NCBI GenBank assembly: GCA_947381875.1
Contig: CANCXY010000001.1
Location: forward strand, 1-55,905
Source: an uncultured Clostridia bacterium
Lineage (GTDB): Bacteria; Bacillota; Clostridia; Oscillospirales; Ruminococcaceae
Reading direction: 5' to 3'
DNA length: 55,905 nt
Each line of letters begins with the position of its first letter. The first letter of the stretch is position 1. The translations under genes and the position numbers were made by a program. Below the pieces are notes generated by a model, which saw only the letters and a program-made list of their open reading frames with translations, was not told where the DNA came from and made no database searches. Shown here in pieces: positions 9,435 through 18,585 of the stretch.

Positions 9435-9908
9435 ATGAAAAAACTTTTATCACTTGCTTTGTGCGCTGTGATGCTCATGCCGCTTGCTCTTACAGCCTTT
9501 GCTGATGAACCTCTGCCTGACGATCCGCTCTTTTACATGCACAGCACTGGCGGCAGCGAACCTGGGGCGGAACCGCAGGCCTACTGCACCACGCACACAT
9601 GGGATTATGCAAATCCTTCGATTACCACTGGTTCCCGCCAAACCTATCCGAGCGACATAACCTGCTGCGCGTATCCTGTTGTCTACACCTTCCGTTGCCG
9701 GAATTGTCCTGCCACAATGAAGGAAACCAGAGGGTACCAGAACATTTTGACCCACAACTATAATAGAGGGCTGACATCCAGCTGCAATGGCACAACCCAG
9801 TCTTTGACCTATGGCTGTGCCTACGGGTGCCCCGCAACTACTATACGCACCCAGCGCTGCCCCGGCGCAGGCCACAGCAGCAACTATTGCCGGTGGCTCC
9901 CGTTCTAA
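9435..9908 (+). CDS. Secreted Cys/His-rich protein of unknown function
   Basis: AAGGAG RBS; Sec signal MKKLLSLALCAVMLMPLALTAFA; 10 Cys in the mature part with two H-x-W/Y...C...CxxCPAT-like repeats. Confidence 0.85.
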   Translation: MKKLLSLALCAVMLMPLALTAFADEPLPDDPLFYMHSTGGSEPGAEPQAYCTTHTWDYANPSITTGSRQTYPSDITCCAYPVVYTFRCRNCPATMKETRGYQNILTHNYNRGLTSSCNGTTQSLTYGCAYGCPATTIRTQRCPGAGHSSNYCRWLPF

Positions 9909-9930
9909 TCCTGTCACTTTGATACCTTGT

Positions 9931-9963
9931 CCCGGCGGCGGTCTACCGCCGCCGGGCTGTTTT
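9931..9963 (+). terminator. Strong hairpin with weak U-tract between the secreted protein and the ABC genes
   Basis: CCCGGCGGCGG-TCTA-CCGCCGCCGGG-CTGTTTT. Confidence 0.6.
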
Positions 9964-9982
9964 CAGCAAGTAGGCATTTCCC

Positions 9983-11980
9983 ATGTTCCGCAAACAAAAC
10001 GCCCGCCAGCCTGCGGCGGCGGTGCTGCTGGCGCTGCTATTGGCATTGACAAGCGCGTTTTCGTGCATTGGACTTTCCGGCTGGGTGTCGTTCCGGCAGC
10101 AAACGGCGGCGCTGGATGCTCAATATACCACTATCGCCTACCCCACCAACAACCGGCGGGACGAGACGCGCCCCGCCACCATCCGAGAGGATGGCGCTTA
10201 CCTGTACGAGGACGGCTCTGTCTGGCTCACCCCCGCTCAGGTATCCTCCTTCGCAGAACAAGCGCCGGGGCTTCTGCGGCGGGACGCGCATATCCTCACC
10301 GCCGCCCATACCCCCGGCCTGAAAGGGTTCAGCTCAGGCGCGGCGGACCCGATGGATTACAACGCCACCTATGACATGCACCGCTATTCCCTCTCCGTGA
10401 TGGCGGCACGGTGTATGTCGGCATCTGGCCCTGCCACCTTCATAATGGAATGGATAGAACCTGTGTGCCGCATGGCCGCCTATGACCTGCCGGAGGCGGG
10501 CAGGGAATTTACCCTTTCTGTCGATTTAGGCGAGGGGAACACCGCCCCGCCGCTTGTCCCCGGAAAAAATTACCTGCTCCGGGGGGATTTTGATGATTTT
10601 GAAGTGATGGAACAGATGCGGCCTGTGAAATCTGAGGGCGGGTCGGAACACGCGGAAATCCAGCGGTTCCGCTATACGGGGGACTATGTGGCGGAGATCG
10701 CCGCCCCCGGCGCAGAAATGCCGCAGCAGCGCCTTTGGCTTTTCTGCTCCTCTCTGCCGCATAAGGATTCCGGCGATATCCCCGCAGTTCTCGCGGACGT
10801 AGATATTGCCGGGCACCCTTACCCTGCGGTTCCTCATTTTTATCTTAACCGCTTTGCGGATATGGAGCAGGACGGCGGGATGTGGCATATCAGTGTCCCG
10901 GAAGGAAGCTGGCCCTTTTACGCGGAATATGAGGGTGACTGGCGCGATTTTCTGAACACAGAGGAAGGACGCGTCTGGCGTGATGAGATTATCCCCTGCT
11001 GCGAGGCGAACCATGATTCCGTGGCCGTCCTGCTCACAGAGAACATACAGGAGCTTTCCCAGTTCTGTTTGGAGCAGTCCGCGCTGCTGGAGGGGCGCAC
11101 AATTACCCCGGAGGAATACAAGACAGGCGCGGCGGTGTGCCTGGTGGGTGCGGATTACGCGCTGTACAACGGCCTTTCAGTAGGCGATACGCTGACGCTC
11201 GACCTGTACAAGCCCGCCTATGCTACGCAGGCCGGCACACTCCAAAGCGTTACGCCGCAATATTTCACTTATACCGGCTGCATGCCCCTTGTGCCGGAAA
11301 ACCGACTGGACGTAACGCGGGATTATACTATTGTCGGGCTGTATTCCACCCCTGCGCGCCCCATGGACGAGGACGGGCACGGTTTCCGTGGGGACACGGT
11401 GCTTGCGCCGAAGGCGTCCGCCCCGGAGGTTGTGGCGGCGGCGGAAGAAGATACTGTCACCCCGCTGCTCAACACGCTTGTGCTGAAAAATGGCAGCATT
11501 GATGAATTTGAAGCCTATATGGCCGAAAACGGCGCGGCAGAACGTTTCCGCTATTACGATTACGGCTACAGCGCAATGGCGGAATCCCTGCAAGCGATGG
11601 AAAAGAACGCCTCCCGGCTGGCTTTGCTGGGCGGCGCGGCGTTCCTGCTCGGCGCGGCGGTGTTCCTTTTGGCGGGCTTTGCGCGCATGGCCCCGGCGGC
11701 GCGCGGGCTGCGGCTTTTGGGGGCAAATGCCGGGTATGTGATGCGGGAAATGCTGGCCGCGCTGCTGCCGCTCGCGGCGGCGGGCGCGGGCGTTGGGGCG
11801 CTGTTGGGCGGTGCGCTGTATGGGAAGGTGTGCGAGGTGGTGCTATCGGAGAGCCTTGCGGTGAGCTGGCCCATCCTGCTGGGGTGCGCGGCGCTGGAAT
11901 TAGCAGTGTTGTGCGCTGTTGCGTGCGTATGGGCGACGCTGACGGCATGCCGGAGCTTGATGCGGCGCAAGGATGAATGA
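9983..11980 (+). CDS. MacB/FtsX-like ABC permease with large extracellular domain
   Basis: N-terminal TM, LLEGRTITPEEY..GAAVCLV..YALYNGLSVGDTL, three C-terminal TMs with LRLLGA. Confidence 0.8.
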   Translation: MFRKQNARQPAAAVLLALLLALTSAFSCIGLSGWVSFRQQTAALDAQYTTIAYPTNNRRDETRPATIREDGAYLYEDGSVWLTPAQVSSFAEQAPGLLRRDAHILTAAHTPGLKGFSSGAADPMDYNATYDMHRYSLSVMAARCMSASGPATFIMEWIEPVCRMAAYDLPEAGREFTLSVDLGEGNTAPPLVPGKNYLLRGDFDDFEVMEQMRPVKSEGGSEHAEIQRFRYTGDYVAEIAAPGAEMPQQRLWLFCSSLPHKDSGDIPAVLADVDIAGHPYPAVPHFYLNRFADMEQDGGMWHISVPEGSWPFYAEYEGDWRDFLNTEEGRVWRDEIIPCCEANHDSVAVLLTENIQELSQFCLEQSALLEGRTITPEEYKTGAAVCLVGADYALYNGLSVGDTLTLDLYKPAYATQAGTLQSVTPQYFTYTGCMPLVPENRLDVTRDYTIVGLYSTPARPMDEDGHGFRGDTVLAPKASAPEVVAAAEEDTVTPLLNTLVLKNGSIDEFEAYMAENGAAERFRYYDYGYSAMAESLQAMEKNASRLALLGGAAFLLGAAVFLLAGFARMAPAARGLRLLGANAGYVMREMLAALLPLAAAGAGVGALLGGALYGKVCEVVLSESLAVSWPILLGCAALELAVLCAVACVWATLTACRSLMRRKDE

Positions 11981-12043
11981 AACGCTGCTGTCTGCTTCCC
12001 CGCCCGAAGGATAAGGAAACATGGAAATCAACATGTTGAACAG

Positions 12044-13234
12044 GTGATTTGTATGAAAACGAGAGGGCATGGGCCAGGTTATCTGCCGCTTTTGGCACTG
12101 CGCGCGCTGGCCCGTCGGTGGGGCGCAAGCCTGCTGCTGACGGCTGTGGCAGCATTAGGCGTATACGCCGGGTTCGGGCTGCAAAGCCTTTTGCTGCATC
12201 AGCAGCGGGCGATGGAGGAGACGACGGCCAATACCGTTATCCACTGCACCCTCACCGATATCCACGGCATGAACGCCGACGGGCTGAACCTGTTCAGCGT
12301 CTATGTGGAAGCGCTGCTTGGCCGCCGGGCGCACCGCGACCCAAGCCTTGCGGATCTGGATCAGTTTGTCACAAATATCCACGCCAGGGGCGAATGGGAG
12401 CTTTCCTGGCCGCAGGAAACCGTATTGTGCCGCCTGCTGAATATCGCCAGTGATGAACGGCTGTCAGGCGCGCAGATCACCTTTGAACCCGGCTGGGGCG
12501 AGGAAGATTTGACGAAGGATGAATTTATCTGCCTTGTGCCTGAGGGCATGGGGGCGGACGGATGTCTTGACGTGGAATGCGCGCCGCCGATGGAGGGCAC
12601 CTTGCACCTGCGCGTAGCCGGGCACATCTCCGGCGGGCCGGATGACGTGATCTACTGCCCGTTCTTCATGCCGTGGGAAGAAGGGGTGAGTACGGCGTTC
12701 ACCATCCCCTCCTGCTCCTTCGATATCCGCGACACGGCGCGGTTGGAGGAGAGCAAGGAAAAGCTGTATTCCACGCCGTACTTTATGAAGCCCTCGGTAA
12801 ACGCCGTGCCCGACGGGACAGCCGTGGGTGTGCTGGTGCATGACGAGGTATATCTGAAAGCGATGGAGGAACTGCGCGCGAATCTGCGCACCCTGCGTCT
12901 GCTGCGCCCGCTGCTGCTTGTGCTGATGGGTGGTATCAGCTTCTTTGCGGGCTTCCTTGTCAACCGGAAACGCAGGCGCGAATTCGCCGTGATGCGGTGT
13001 CTGGGCCGGCGCAGGCGCGCCGTGTTCGGGCAGGTGCTTGGCGAACAGTGCGCGCTGGGGATTCTGGGCGGCGCGCTGGGCTTTGGCGCGTCGCTGTGTA
13101 CGGGGCTTGCCGTCTCGGCGGCGGGCGCGGCCTTTGCGGCGGCGGCAGCCGGTATGTTCGTATTAGGCGCGGCAGTATACGCCGCCATTGCCGCCAGCGG
13201 AAACGTAATGGAATTGATGAAAACGGAGGAATGA
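12044..13234 (+). CDS. MacB/FtsX-like ABC permease
   Basis: RRREFAVMRCLG FtsX motif; 1+3 TM layout. Confidence 0.85.
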   Translation: MICMKTRGHGPGYLPLLALRALARRWGASLLLTAVAALGVYAGFGLQSLLLHQQRAMEETTANTVIHCTLTDIHGMNADGLNLFSVYVEALLGRRAHRDPSLADLDQFVTNIHARGEWELSWPQETVLCRLLNIASDERLSGAQITFEPGWGEEDLTKDEFICLVPEGMGADGCLDVECAPPMEGTLHLRVAGHISGGPDDVIYCPFFMPWEEGVSTAFTIPSCSFDIRDTARLEESKEKLYSTPYFMKPSVNAVPDGTAVGVLVHDEVYLKAMEELRANLRTLRLLRPLLLVLMGGISFFAGFLVNRKRRREFAVMRCLGRRRRAVFGQVLGEQCALGILGGALGFGASLCTGLAVSAAGAAFAAAAAGMFVLGAAVYAAIAASGNVMELMKTEE

Positions 13235-13237
13235 GCC

Positions 13238-13900
13238 ATGCCGATACTGACAGCAGAACAGGTGGAATACACTTATCAGACGAAATACCAGACGATCTAT
13301 GCCCTGCGCGGCGTAGACTGCGCCTTTGAGGCCGGGCAGATGACGGCCATTGTCGGCAGCTCCGGCAGCGGCAAAACGACGCTGCTCTCCCTGTTGGCGG
13401 GGCTGGATGTGCCCACGAAAGGTGCAATCCGTTTCCAGGGGCAATCCACCGCCGAACTGGACAGGGACGCATGGCGACTGGAAAATGTCTCGGTGATCTA
13501 CCAGAATTTCAACCTGTTCGCGCACCTGACGGCCCTTGAAAACGCCGCCTACCCGCTCTATCTGCAAAAACGCCCCCGCAAAGAGGCGGAGGAGGAAGCC
13601 GCGGCCCAGCTTGCGGCGGTGGGCATCCAGCCCGACCAGTTCGGACGGTTCCCGCGCATGCTCTCCGGCGGCGAGCAGCAGCGCGTAGCCATCGCGCGGG
13701 CGCTGACGGCGGGCAGCGCGCTGATCCTGGCCGACGAGCCGACAGGCAACTTAGATGAGGAAAACAGCCAGAACATTTTCACCATCCTGCACACCCTCGC
13801 CCGCGAACGGGAGCGGTGCGTCATCGTGGTGACACACGACATGGAGCTTGCCATGCAAACAGACTGCACCCTGCGCATCCAGAGCGGCAAGATCGCGTGA
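13238..13900 (+). CDS. ABC transporter ATP-binding protein (LolD/MacB-like)
   Basis: GSSGSGKTT, LSGGEQQRVAIARAL, ILADEPTGNLD. Confidence 0.95.
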   Translation: MPILTAEQVEYTYQTKYQTIYALRGVDCAFEAGQMTAIVGSSGSGKTTLLSLLAGLDVPTKGAIRFQGQSTAELDRDAWRLENVSVIYQNFNLFAHLTALENAAYPLYLQKRPRKEAEEEAAAQLAAVGIQPDQFGRFPRMLSGGEQQRVAIARALTAGSALILADEPTGNLDEENSQNIFTILHTLARERERCVIVVTHDMELAMQTDCTLRIQSGKIA

Positions 13901-13903
13901 TAT

Positions 13904-13986
13904 GTTGGGCTGCCGCCCAAACCTGCCCAGAGGCGCTGCCTCTGGACTCCGCCAAAGGGGCGCAGCCCCTTTGGAAACCCATCTTG
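13904..13986. repeat. Family A repeat, copy 2
   Basis: TTGGGCTGCCGCCCAA..CCAGAGGC-GCT-GCCTCTGG-ACTCCG-CCAAAGGGGC-GCA-GCCCCTTTGG-AAACCCATCTTG. Confidence 0.9.
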
Positions 13987-14049
13987 TTCCCGATATGTAT
14001 ATTCCCTTCTTTTCCGCACATACTACAGGCGGAAAGGATGTGAGGATTC

Positions 14050-14271
14050 ATGAATATTTTCTACAAAGTATGCGTTTGGCTGTTGATCATTGGCGGCGTC
14101 AACTGGGGCCTGATGGGGCTTTTCAATTTTGACGCAGTCGCATGGCTGCTGGGCGGCAGCGCGGGCTTTTTGGCGCGCACTGTATACACCATCGTGGGCG
14201 TCGCGGCCATTTGCGCCATCCCAGGCGCGCTGGGCGTCGGCGACGGCCAGGCACAGCACGCGGCGGAATAA
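14050..14271 (+). CDS. DUF378 small membrane protein
   Basis: LLIIGGVNWGLMGLFNFDAV..ARTVYTIVG. Confidence 0.9.
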   Translation: MNIFYKVCVWLLIIGGVNWGLMGLFNFDAVAWLLGGSAGFLARTVYTIVGVAAICAIPGALGVGDGQAQHAAE

Positions 14272-14278
14272 CAGCCGC

Positions 14279-14323
14279 AAAAAGCCGCTTTGCAGTACGG
14301 ATTATGCTGCAAAGCGGCTTTTT
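14279..14323. terminator. Bidirectional intrinsic terminator
   Basis: AAAAAGCCGCTTTGCAG ... CTGCAAAGCGGCTTTTT between convergent genes. Confidence 0.8.
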
Positions 14324-14419
14324 ATTTTCCGTATTTCCCCCGCCTGGAGAACAGGGAAATATATATTCCCTTCCAATTTGGGCACTCCCGGCGTAAGTGC
14401 GGGTGAATCCACCCTAAAA

Positions 14420-14502
14420 CAGGATGGGTTTCCAAAGGGGGCTTGCCCCCTTTGGCGGAGTCCAGAGGCGGAGCCTCTGGGCAGGCGCGGGCGGCAGCCC
14501 GC
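14420..14502. repeat. Family A repeat, copy 3
   Basis: CAGGATGGGTTTCCAAAGGGGGC-TT-GCCCCCTTTGGCGGAGTCCAGAGGC-GGA-GCCTCTGG..GCGGGCGGCAGCCCGC. Confidence 0.9.
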
Positions 14503-15072
14503 CTATTCCGCCGGGGCCAGCTTGGGCACGAGGAACGCGCGCAGGGGCACCTGTTCCATCGCGGGCTTGTGGAACGTCTCCATCAGGCTGCAATATTTAT
14601 CGAACATCAGCACCGCATACGCCTCGCGGCAGCGCGGGGGCACCACCGTGAGCGGCCACATGTGGCGCAGGATAATTTCTTTTTCACGGTCGGTGAGGCT
14701 GAACAGTTGGCTCGCGTTTTCCAAAGCGCGGCGCGGGTGCGTGTAGCCGTGGAAATGCTCACCCGTCTGTTTGGCATGCAGGTGCCAGTCGTATAAAAAC
14801 AGGTCGTGCAGCAGCCCGGCGCGGGCGGCGGCGCGCGCGTTCCAGCCGTGCTGTTTGCAATAGAGATAGCTCAGATAGGAAACGTTGATGCTGTGGCGCA
14901 GGCACGTTGTATCGCCGTGCTGGATATACTGTTCCATTGAGCGCACGGTCGGATGCTCTAAAATATCCTGTACCTGCGCAAGGTATTCATCGTCGTTTGG
15001 TACCAGGACCGGCGCACCGGCCCCCTCACCTGGTTTGATCATTGGAAAAACCCCCATTCTCTGCCCCGTCAT
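14503..15072 (-). CDS. HD domain phosphohydrolase
   Basis: YIQHGDTTCLRHS, GLLHDLFLYDWH, HGYTHP, ILRHMWPLT, DKYCS; ATGA overlap with upstream gene. Confidence 0.9.
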   Translation of the reverse strand: MTGQRMGVFPMIKPGEGAGAPVLVPNDDEYLAQVQDILEHPTVRSMEQYIQHGDTTCLRHSINVSYLSYLYCKQHGWNARAAARAGLLHDLFLYDWHLHAKQTGEHFHGYTHPRRALENASQLFSLTDREKEIILRHMWPLTVVPPRCREAYAVLMFDKYCSLMETFHKPAMEQVPLRAFLVPKLAPAE

Positions 15073-15650
15073 ACTTGTGACGAGACGGTCTCGACTTCCT
15101 GCGCCACAGGCTCTGCGTGCGCGCGGCGCGCTTTGTGTACGCAGAGCAGGAAATCCGCGCCATAGGCACACGCCAACAGGAACGCAAGCGCACTGCCGAT
15201 CCGTTCCGGCAGGCGCATCACGATCGAGAATACAGCGCGATGCAGGAAGGTGAATACAAACAGTGCGACGAAGCCCCAGGCCAGGGTGCTTTCGAGGCAC
15301 AGGATGCCCTTATAATTGAAACGCTTGTTGGTGTAGTCCCACCAGAAGGTGCCGAAAAGGCGGAGCATGATGCGCGCGGTGACATATTCCAGCGCCGTCG
15401 CGGCCAGCGCGCCCACGATATACAGCAGCACATAGTTATGGGAAATGGGCGCAAGCACCGCATAGCCGATCATCGCGCCGAAGCCATAGATTACACAAAA
15501 TGGCAGATGGGCAAAGCCGCGGTTCTCCCAAATACCCTTTTCATGCCGAATCACACAACATTCCATGATCCAGCCCAGGAAGCTGTACAGGAAAAAGGCG
15601 TTGATCAGCACATGCAGCGCCACCGGCTCAATGTAAAATGGAGTTTTCAT
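15069..15650 (-). CDS. Putative ABC transporter permease (CmpB-like membrane family)
   Basis: FFLYSFLGWIME, NRGF..LPFCVIYGFG, LEY, WWDYTNKRFNYKGILCLE; start at ATG 15650. Confidence 0.85.
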   Translation of the reverse strand: MKTPFYIEPVALHVLINAFFLYSFLGWIMECCVIRHEKGIWENRGFAHLPFCVIYGFGAMIGYAVLAPISHNYVLLYIVGALAATALEYVTARIMLRLFGTFWWDYTNKRFNYKGILCLESTLAWGFVALFVFTFLHRAVFSIVMRLPERIGSALAFLLACAYGADFLLCVHKARRAHAEPVAQEVETVSSQV

Positions 15651-15711
15651 ACGGCAAATTCCTTTCTGCGGCATACGCCTGCTCCTGCAAACTACCCAAA
15701 GATCCATCTTT

Positions 15712-15740
15712 AGTATAACCGACGGCGCCTCAATATGCAA
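15712..15740 (-). promoter_or_regulatory. Sigma-A promoter
   Basis: TTGCAT-17 bp-TATACT. Confidence 0.6.
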
Positions 15741-15838
15741 CCTTTCCGGGCCAGGAAAATCTATTTTGCCTGTTTTTTCCTTCCGAAGGCCAGTGAGAAA
15801 CGATAGGATATATCCTTCCCTCCGCGCAAAATGGGCAT

Positions 15839-15906
15839 CAAGATGGGTTTCCAAAGGGGCTGCGCCCCTTTGGCGGAGTCCAGAGGCAGCGCCTCTGGGG
15901 CAGCCT
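15839..15906. repeat. Family A repeat, copy 4
   Basis: CAAGATGGGTTTCCAAAGGGGC-TGC-GCCCCTTTGGCGGAGTCCAGAGGC-AGC-GCCTCTGG. Confidence 0.9.
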
Positions 15907-15931
15907 TTCGGTTTTCGCGAGCAAATATGCC

Positions 15932-15960
15932 TTGACAGTGTTTTTTTGTCCCTTTATAAT
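15932..15960 (+). promoter_or_regulatory. Consensus sigma-A promoter for mrp-mscL
   Basis: TTGACA-17 bp-TATAAT. Confidence 0.85.
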
Positions 15961-16006
15961 GGGTGGTAGAAAATACACCCGCTGCAAGATTGGAGGCACC
16001 TGAATC

Positions 16007-16840
16007 GTGAGTGAAAATTGTACGCACAACTGTGAGAGCTGCGGCGAAGCCTGCGCGTCCCGCACAGCCCCGCAGGATTTCCATGAACCGCCGCACACTT
16101 TGAGCCGTATCCGAAAGGTGATCGGCGTGGTAAGCGGCAAGGGCGGCGTCGGCAAGAGCATGACCGCGGCCATGCTGTCCGTTCTGCTGGCGCGGAAAGG
16201 GCACCATACCGGCATACTGGACGCAGACGTAACCGGACCAAGCATCCCGCGCCTGTTCGGCCTGCACGGGCGGGCGCGCGCCGATGAACAGGGCTGCTAC
16301 CCCGTCAGGACCCGCACGGGCATTGACGTGATGAGCGTGAACCTGCTGCTGGACGCGGAGACCGACCCCGTTGTATGGCGCGGGCCTGTCATCGCGGGCG
16401 CGGTGAAGCAGTTCTGGCAGGAGGTCATCTGGAAAGATGTGGACTTCCTGTTCGTCGATATGCCCCCCGGCACGGGCGATGTGCCGCTGACGGTGTTCCA
16501 GACGCTGCCGGTGGATGGGATCGTCGTCGTGGCAAGCCCGCAGGACCTTGTGAGCCTGATCGTCTCAAAGGCGGTGAAGATGGCGCAGATGATGGACATC
16601 CCCATCCTGGGCCTTGTGGAGAACATGAGCTATGTCCTGTGCCCGGACTGCGGCAAAAAAATCGCGCTTTTCGGCGAAAGCCATGTGGATGAAATCGCCG
16701 CTTCGTTCCGCCTGCCCGTGCTGGCGCGCGTCCCGCTCGACCCCGCTTTGGCGGCATTGGCCGACCGGGGCGAGATCGAATCGTTCACCGGCGATATGCT
16801 CGACGGCGCGGCAGACGCGGTGGAAAAGCTGCTGGGATAA
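16007..16840 (+). CDS. Mrp/NBP35 (ApbC) Fe-S cluster carrier ATPase
   Basis: CTHNCESC, SGKGGVGKS, WRGP, DMPPGTGD, ENMS..CPDC. Confidence 0.93.
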   Translation: MSENCTHNCESCGEACASRTAPQDFHEPPHTLSRIRKVIGVVSGKGGVGKSMTAAMLSVLLARKGHHTGILDADVTGPSIPRLFGLHGRARADEQGCYPVRTRTGIDVMSVNLLLDAETDPVVWRGPVIAGAVKQFWQEVIWKDVDFLFVDMPPGTGDVPLTVFQTLPVDGIVVVASPQDLVSLIVSKAVKMAQMMDIPILGLVENMSYVLCPDCGKKIALFGESHVDEIAASFRLPVLARVPLDPALAALADRGEIESFTGDMLDGAADAVEKLLG

Positions 16841-16852
16841 AGGAGGGGCCGC

Positions 16853-17284
16853 ATGAAAAAGTTTTGGGCAGAATTCAAGGAGTTCGCGGTGCGGGGCAAC
16901 GTGATTGATATGGCCGTGGGCGTTGTCATCGGCGGCGCATTCAGCAAGATCGTGACGGCGGTCGTGAATATGGTGATGTCCGTCGTCGGGCTGTTCACCA
17001 GCGCTATCGACCTGAGTACGCTGGCCCTGACCTTGTACCGCGAGGGGGCGGCGGAGCCGTATTTTTCCCTTCCCTACGGCGCGTTCCTGCAAAGCGTGCT
17101 GGAATTTCTGATCCTGGCGCTGAGCGTGTTCTGCGTGCTGAAGATCCTCAACAGCTTCCACCGCAAAAAGGAGGAGGAAAAAGCCGAGGCCGAAACAGCC
17201 GCCAAGGCCGAACCTTCCAAGGAAGAAGCGCTGCTTATGGAGATCCGCGACCTTTTGAAGGAGAACGCGGCCAAAGGCGCGTAG
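16853..17284 (+). CDS. mscL: Large-conductance mechanosensitive channel
   Basis: EFKEFAVRGNVIDMAVGVVIGGAFSKIV, YGAFLQ, LLMEIRDLL. Confidence 0.95.
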   Translation: MKKFWAEFKEFAVRGNVIDMAVGVVIGGAFSKIVTAVVNMVMSVVGLFTSAIDLSTLALTLYREGAAEPYFSLPYGAFLQSVLEFLILALSVFCVLKILNSFHRKKEEEKAEAETAAKAEPSKEEALLMEIRDLLKENAAKGA

Positions 17285-17318
17285 CCCCGCTTTCCCTTCC
17301 ATCTATAAAACGATATAC

Positions 17319-17353
17319 CCCGCCGGAATACTTCAACTCCGGCGGGATTTTTT
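17319..17353 (+). terminator. Intrinsic terminator after mscL
   Basis: CCCGCCGGA ... TCCGGCGGG-ATTTTTT. Confidence 0.7.
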
Positions 17354-17524
17354 GAAAGGGATTTCGGATTTTGGCGATTTTCCCCGCAGGAGGCGGGGAG
17401 AAAACAGCCAATCAGCGGTTTTCTTGAAAAACGCAGCTCTCTTTTTTGTGCAGGGAACAAGAGGAAAACACGGGACGCCTGCCCTATAATGGGAGAAGCG
17501 GAAACAGCAAAGGAGGGTTTCCCC

Positions 17525-18385
17525 GTGGAATGGGTAGAACATCTGAATCAAAGCATGCAATACATTGAGGAACACCTGGCGGATGAAATCGACTATGAGC
17601 AGCTTGGGCGTATCGCCTGCTGTTCGTCCTACCACTACCAGCGCATGTTCACCTATATGGCGGGCCTCCCCCTGGGGGAATATATCCGCCGCAGGAGGAT
17701 GTCGCTGGCGGCGGTAGACATTCAGAGCGGCGGTGAGCGCATTGTGGATGTGGCGCTGAAATACGGCTACAGTTCCCCCACAGCCTTCAACCGGGCGTTT
17801 CAGGCGTTTCACGGCGTCGCGCCCTCGGCGGTGAAGGCGGCGGGCGTGCCGGTGAAATCGTTCTCCCCCATCGTGTTCCATATCGCTGTGAAAGGAGCGG
17901 CACAGATGGATTACAGGATCGAAAACAAAGAAGCGTTCCGCGTCGTCGGGGTATCGACGCCGCTGGAACGGGAACTGGAAAAGAATTTCCAGTGTGTGCC
18001 GAAGCTGTGGGAAAAGGCGGCGGCAGACGGCACATTGCAGAAACTGGCGGGCCTGATGGATTCCCAGCCTATGGGCATTTTAGGTGTGAGCGCCTGCGGC
18101 GACGCGGAAAACTGGAAATATTTTATCGCCGTTTCCAGTACAAAGCCGTGCGGGGAATTTGAGGAATACGCCGTGCCCGCCTGCACCTGGGCGATCTTCT
18201 CCGGCAGCGGGACAAACCAGTCTATCCAGATGCTGGAACAGCGCATTGTGACGGAATGGCTGCCGACTTCCGGCTATGAGTACGCCAACGACCTCCTTGC
18301 GCCTGATATTGAGGTCTATCTCAGCCCCGACCCGCAGGACGCACGGTATGAGGTGTGGATACCGGTGACGAAGAAGAAGGGGTAA
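17525..18385 (+). CDS. AraC family regulator with GyrI-like effector domain
   Basis: YIEEHL, SSYHYQRMF, EYIRRRRM, ALKYGYSSPTAFNRAF, YEVWIPV; GTG 17525 with AGGAGG RBS. Confidence 0.93.
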   Translation: MEWVEHLNQSMQYIEEHLADEIDYEQLGRIACCSSYHYQRMFTYMAGLPLGEYIRRRRMSLAAVDIQSGGERIVDVALKYGYSSPTAFNRAFQAFHGVAPSAVKAAGVPVKSFSPIVFHIAVKGAAQMDYRIENKEAFRVVGVSTPLERELEKNFQCVPKLWEKAAADGTLQKLAGLMDSQPMGILGVSACGDAENWKYFIAVSSTKPCGEFEEYAVPACTWAIFSGSGTNQSIQMLEQRIVTEWLPTSGYEYANDLLAPDIEVYLSPDPQDARYEVWIPVTKKKG

Positions 18386-18393
18386 AAGAATAG

Positions 18394-18416
18394 AGGGCGG
18401 GGCATTGCCCCGCCCT
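18394..18416. terminator. Hairpin after the AraC gene
   Basis: AGGGCGGGGC-ATT-GCCCCGCCCT. Confidence 0.55.
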
Positions 18417-18429
18417 TAATGTATGGAAT

Positions 18430-18569
18430 GTTAGGCTGCGCCCAAACGGCCCAGAGGCTCTGCCTCTGGACTCTGCGGCCTTTCCGACTCGCTAAGAGCC
18501 GCCGCAGCGCGGCGATTGCTCGCGTGGACGTGCCTGCGGGCGCAGTGAAAAAGGCCGGCGAAACTTTTA
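18430..18569. repeat. Family A repeat, copy 5, with a 64-bp nested insert (18484-18547)
   Basis: CCAGAGGC-TCT-GCCTCTGGACTCTGCGGCCTTT[insert]AAAAAGGCCGGCGAAACTTTT; same layout as the reverse complement of copy 1. Confidence 0.75.
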
Positions 18570-18585
18570 ATTGTCCCAGCGCTCA

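Noticed and set aside
13816..14796. Small ORFs sharing MGFQRG..PLAESRG / EALPLDSAKG peptides (also near 15.8, 28.3, 39.3, 45.0 and 46.9 kb) as a peptide family
   Set aside because: They are translations of family A repeat DNA in various frames, without RBSs
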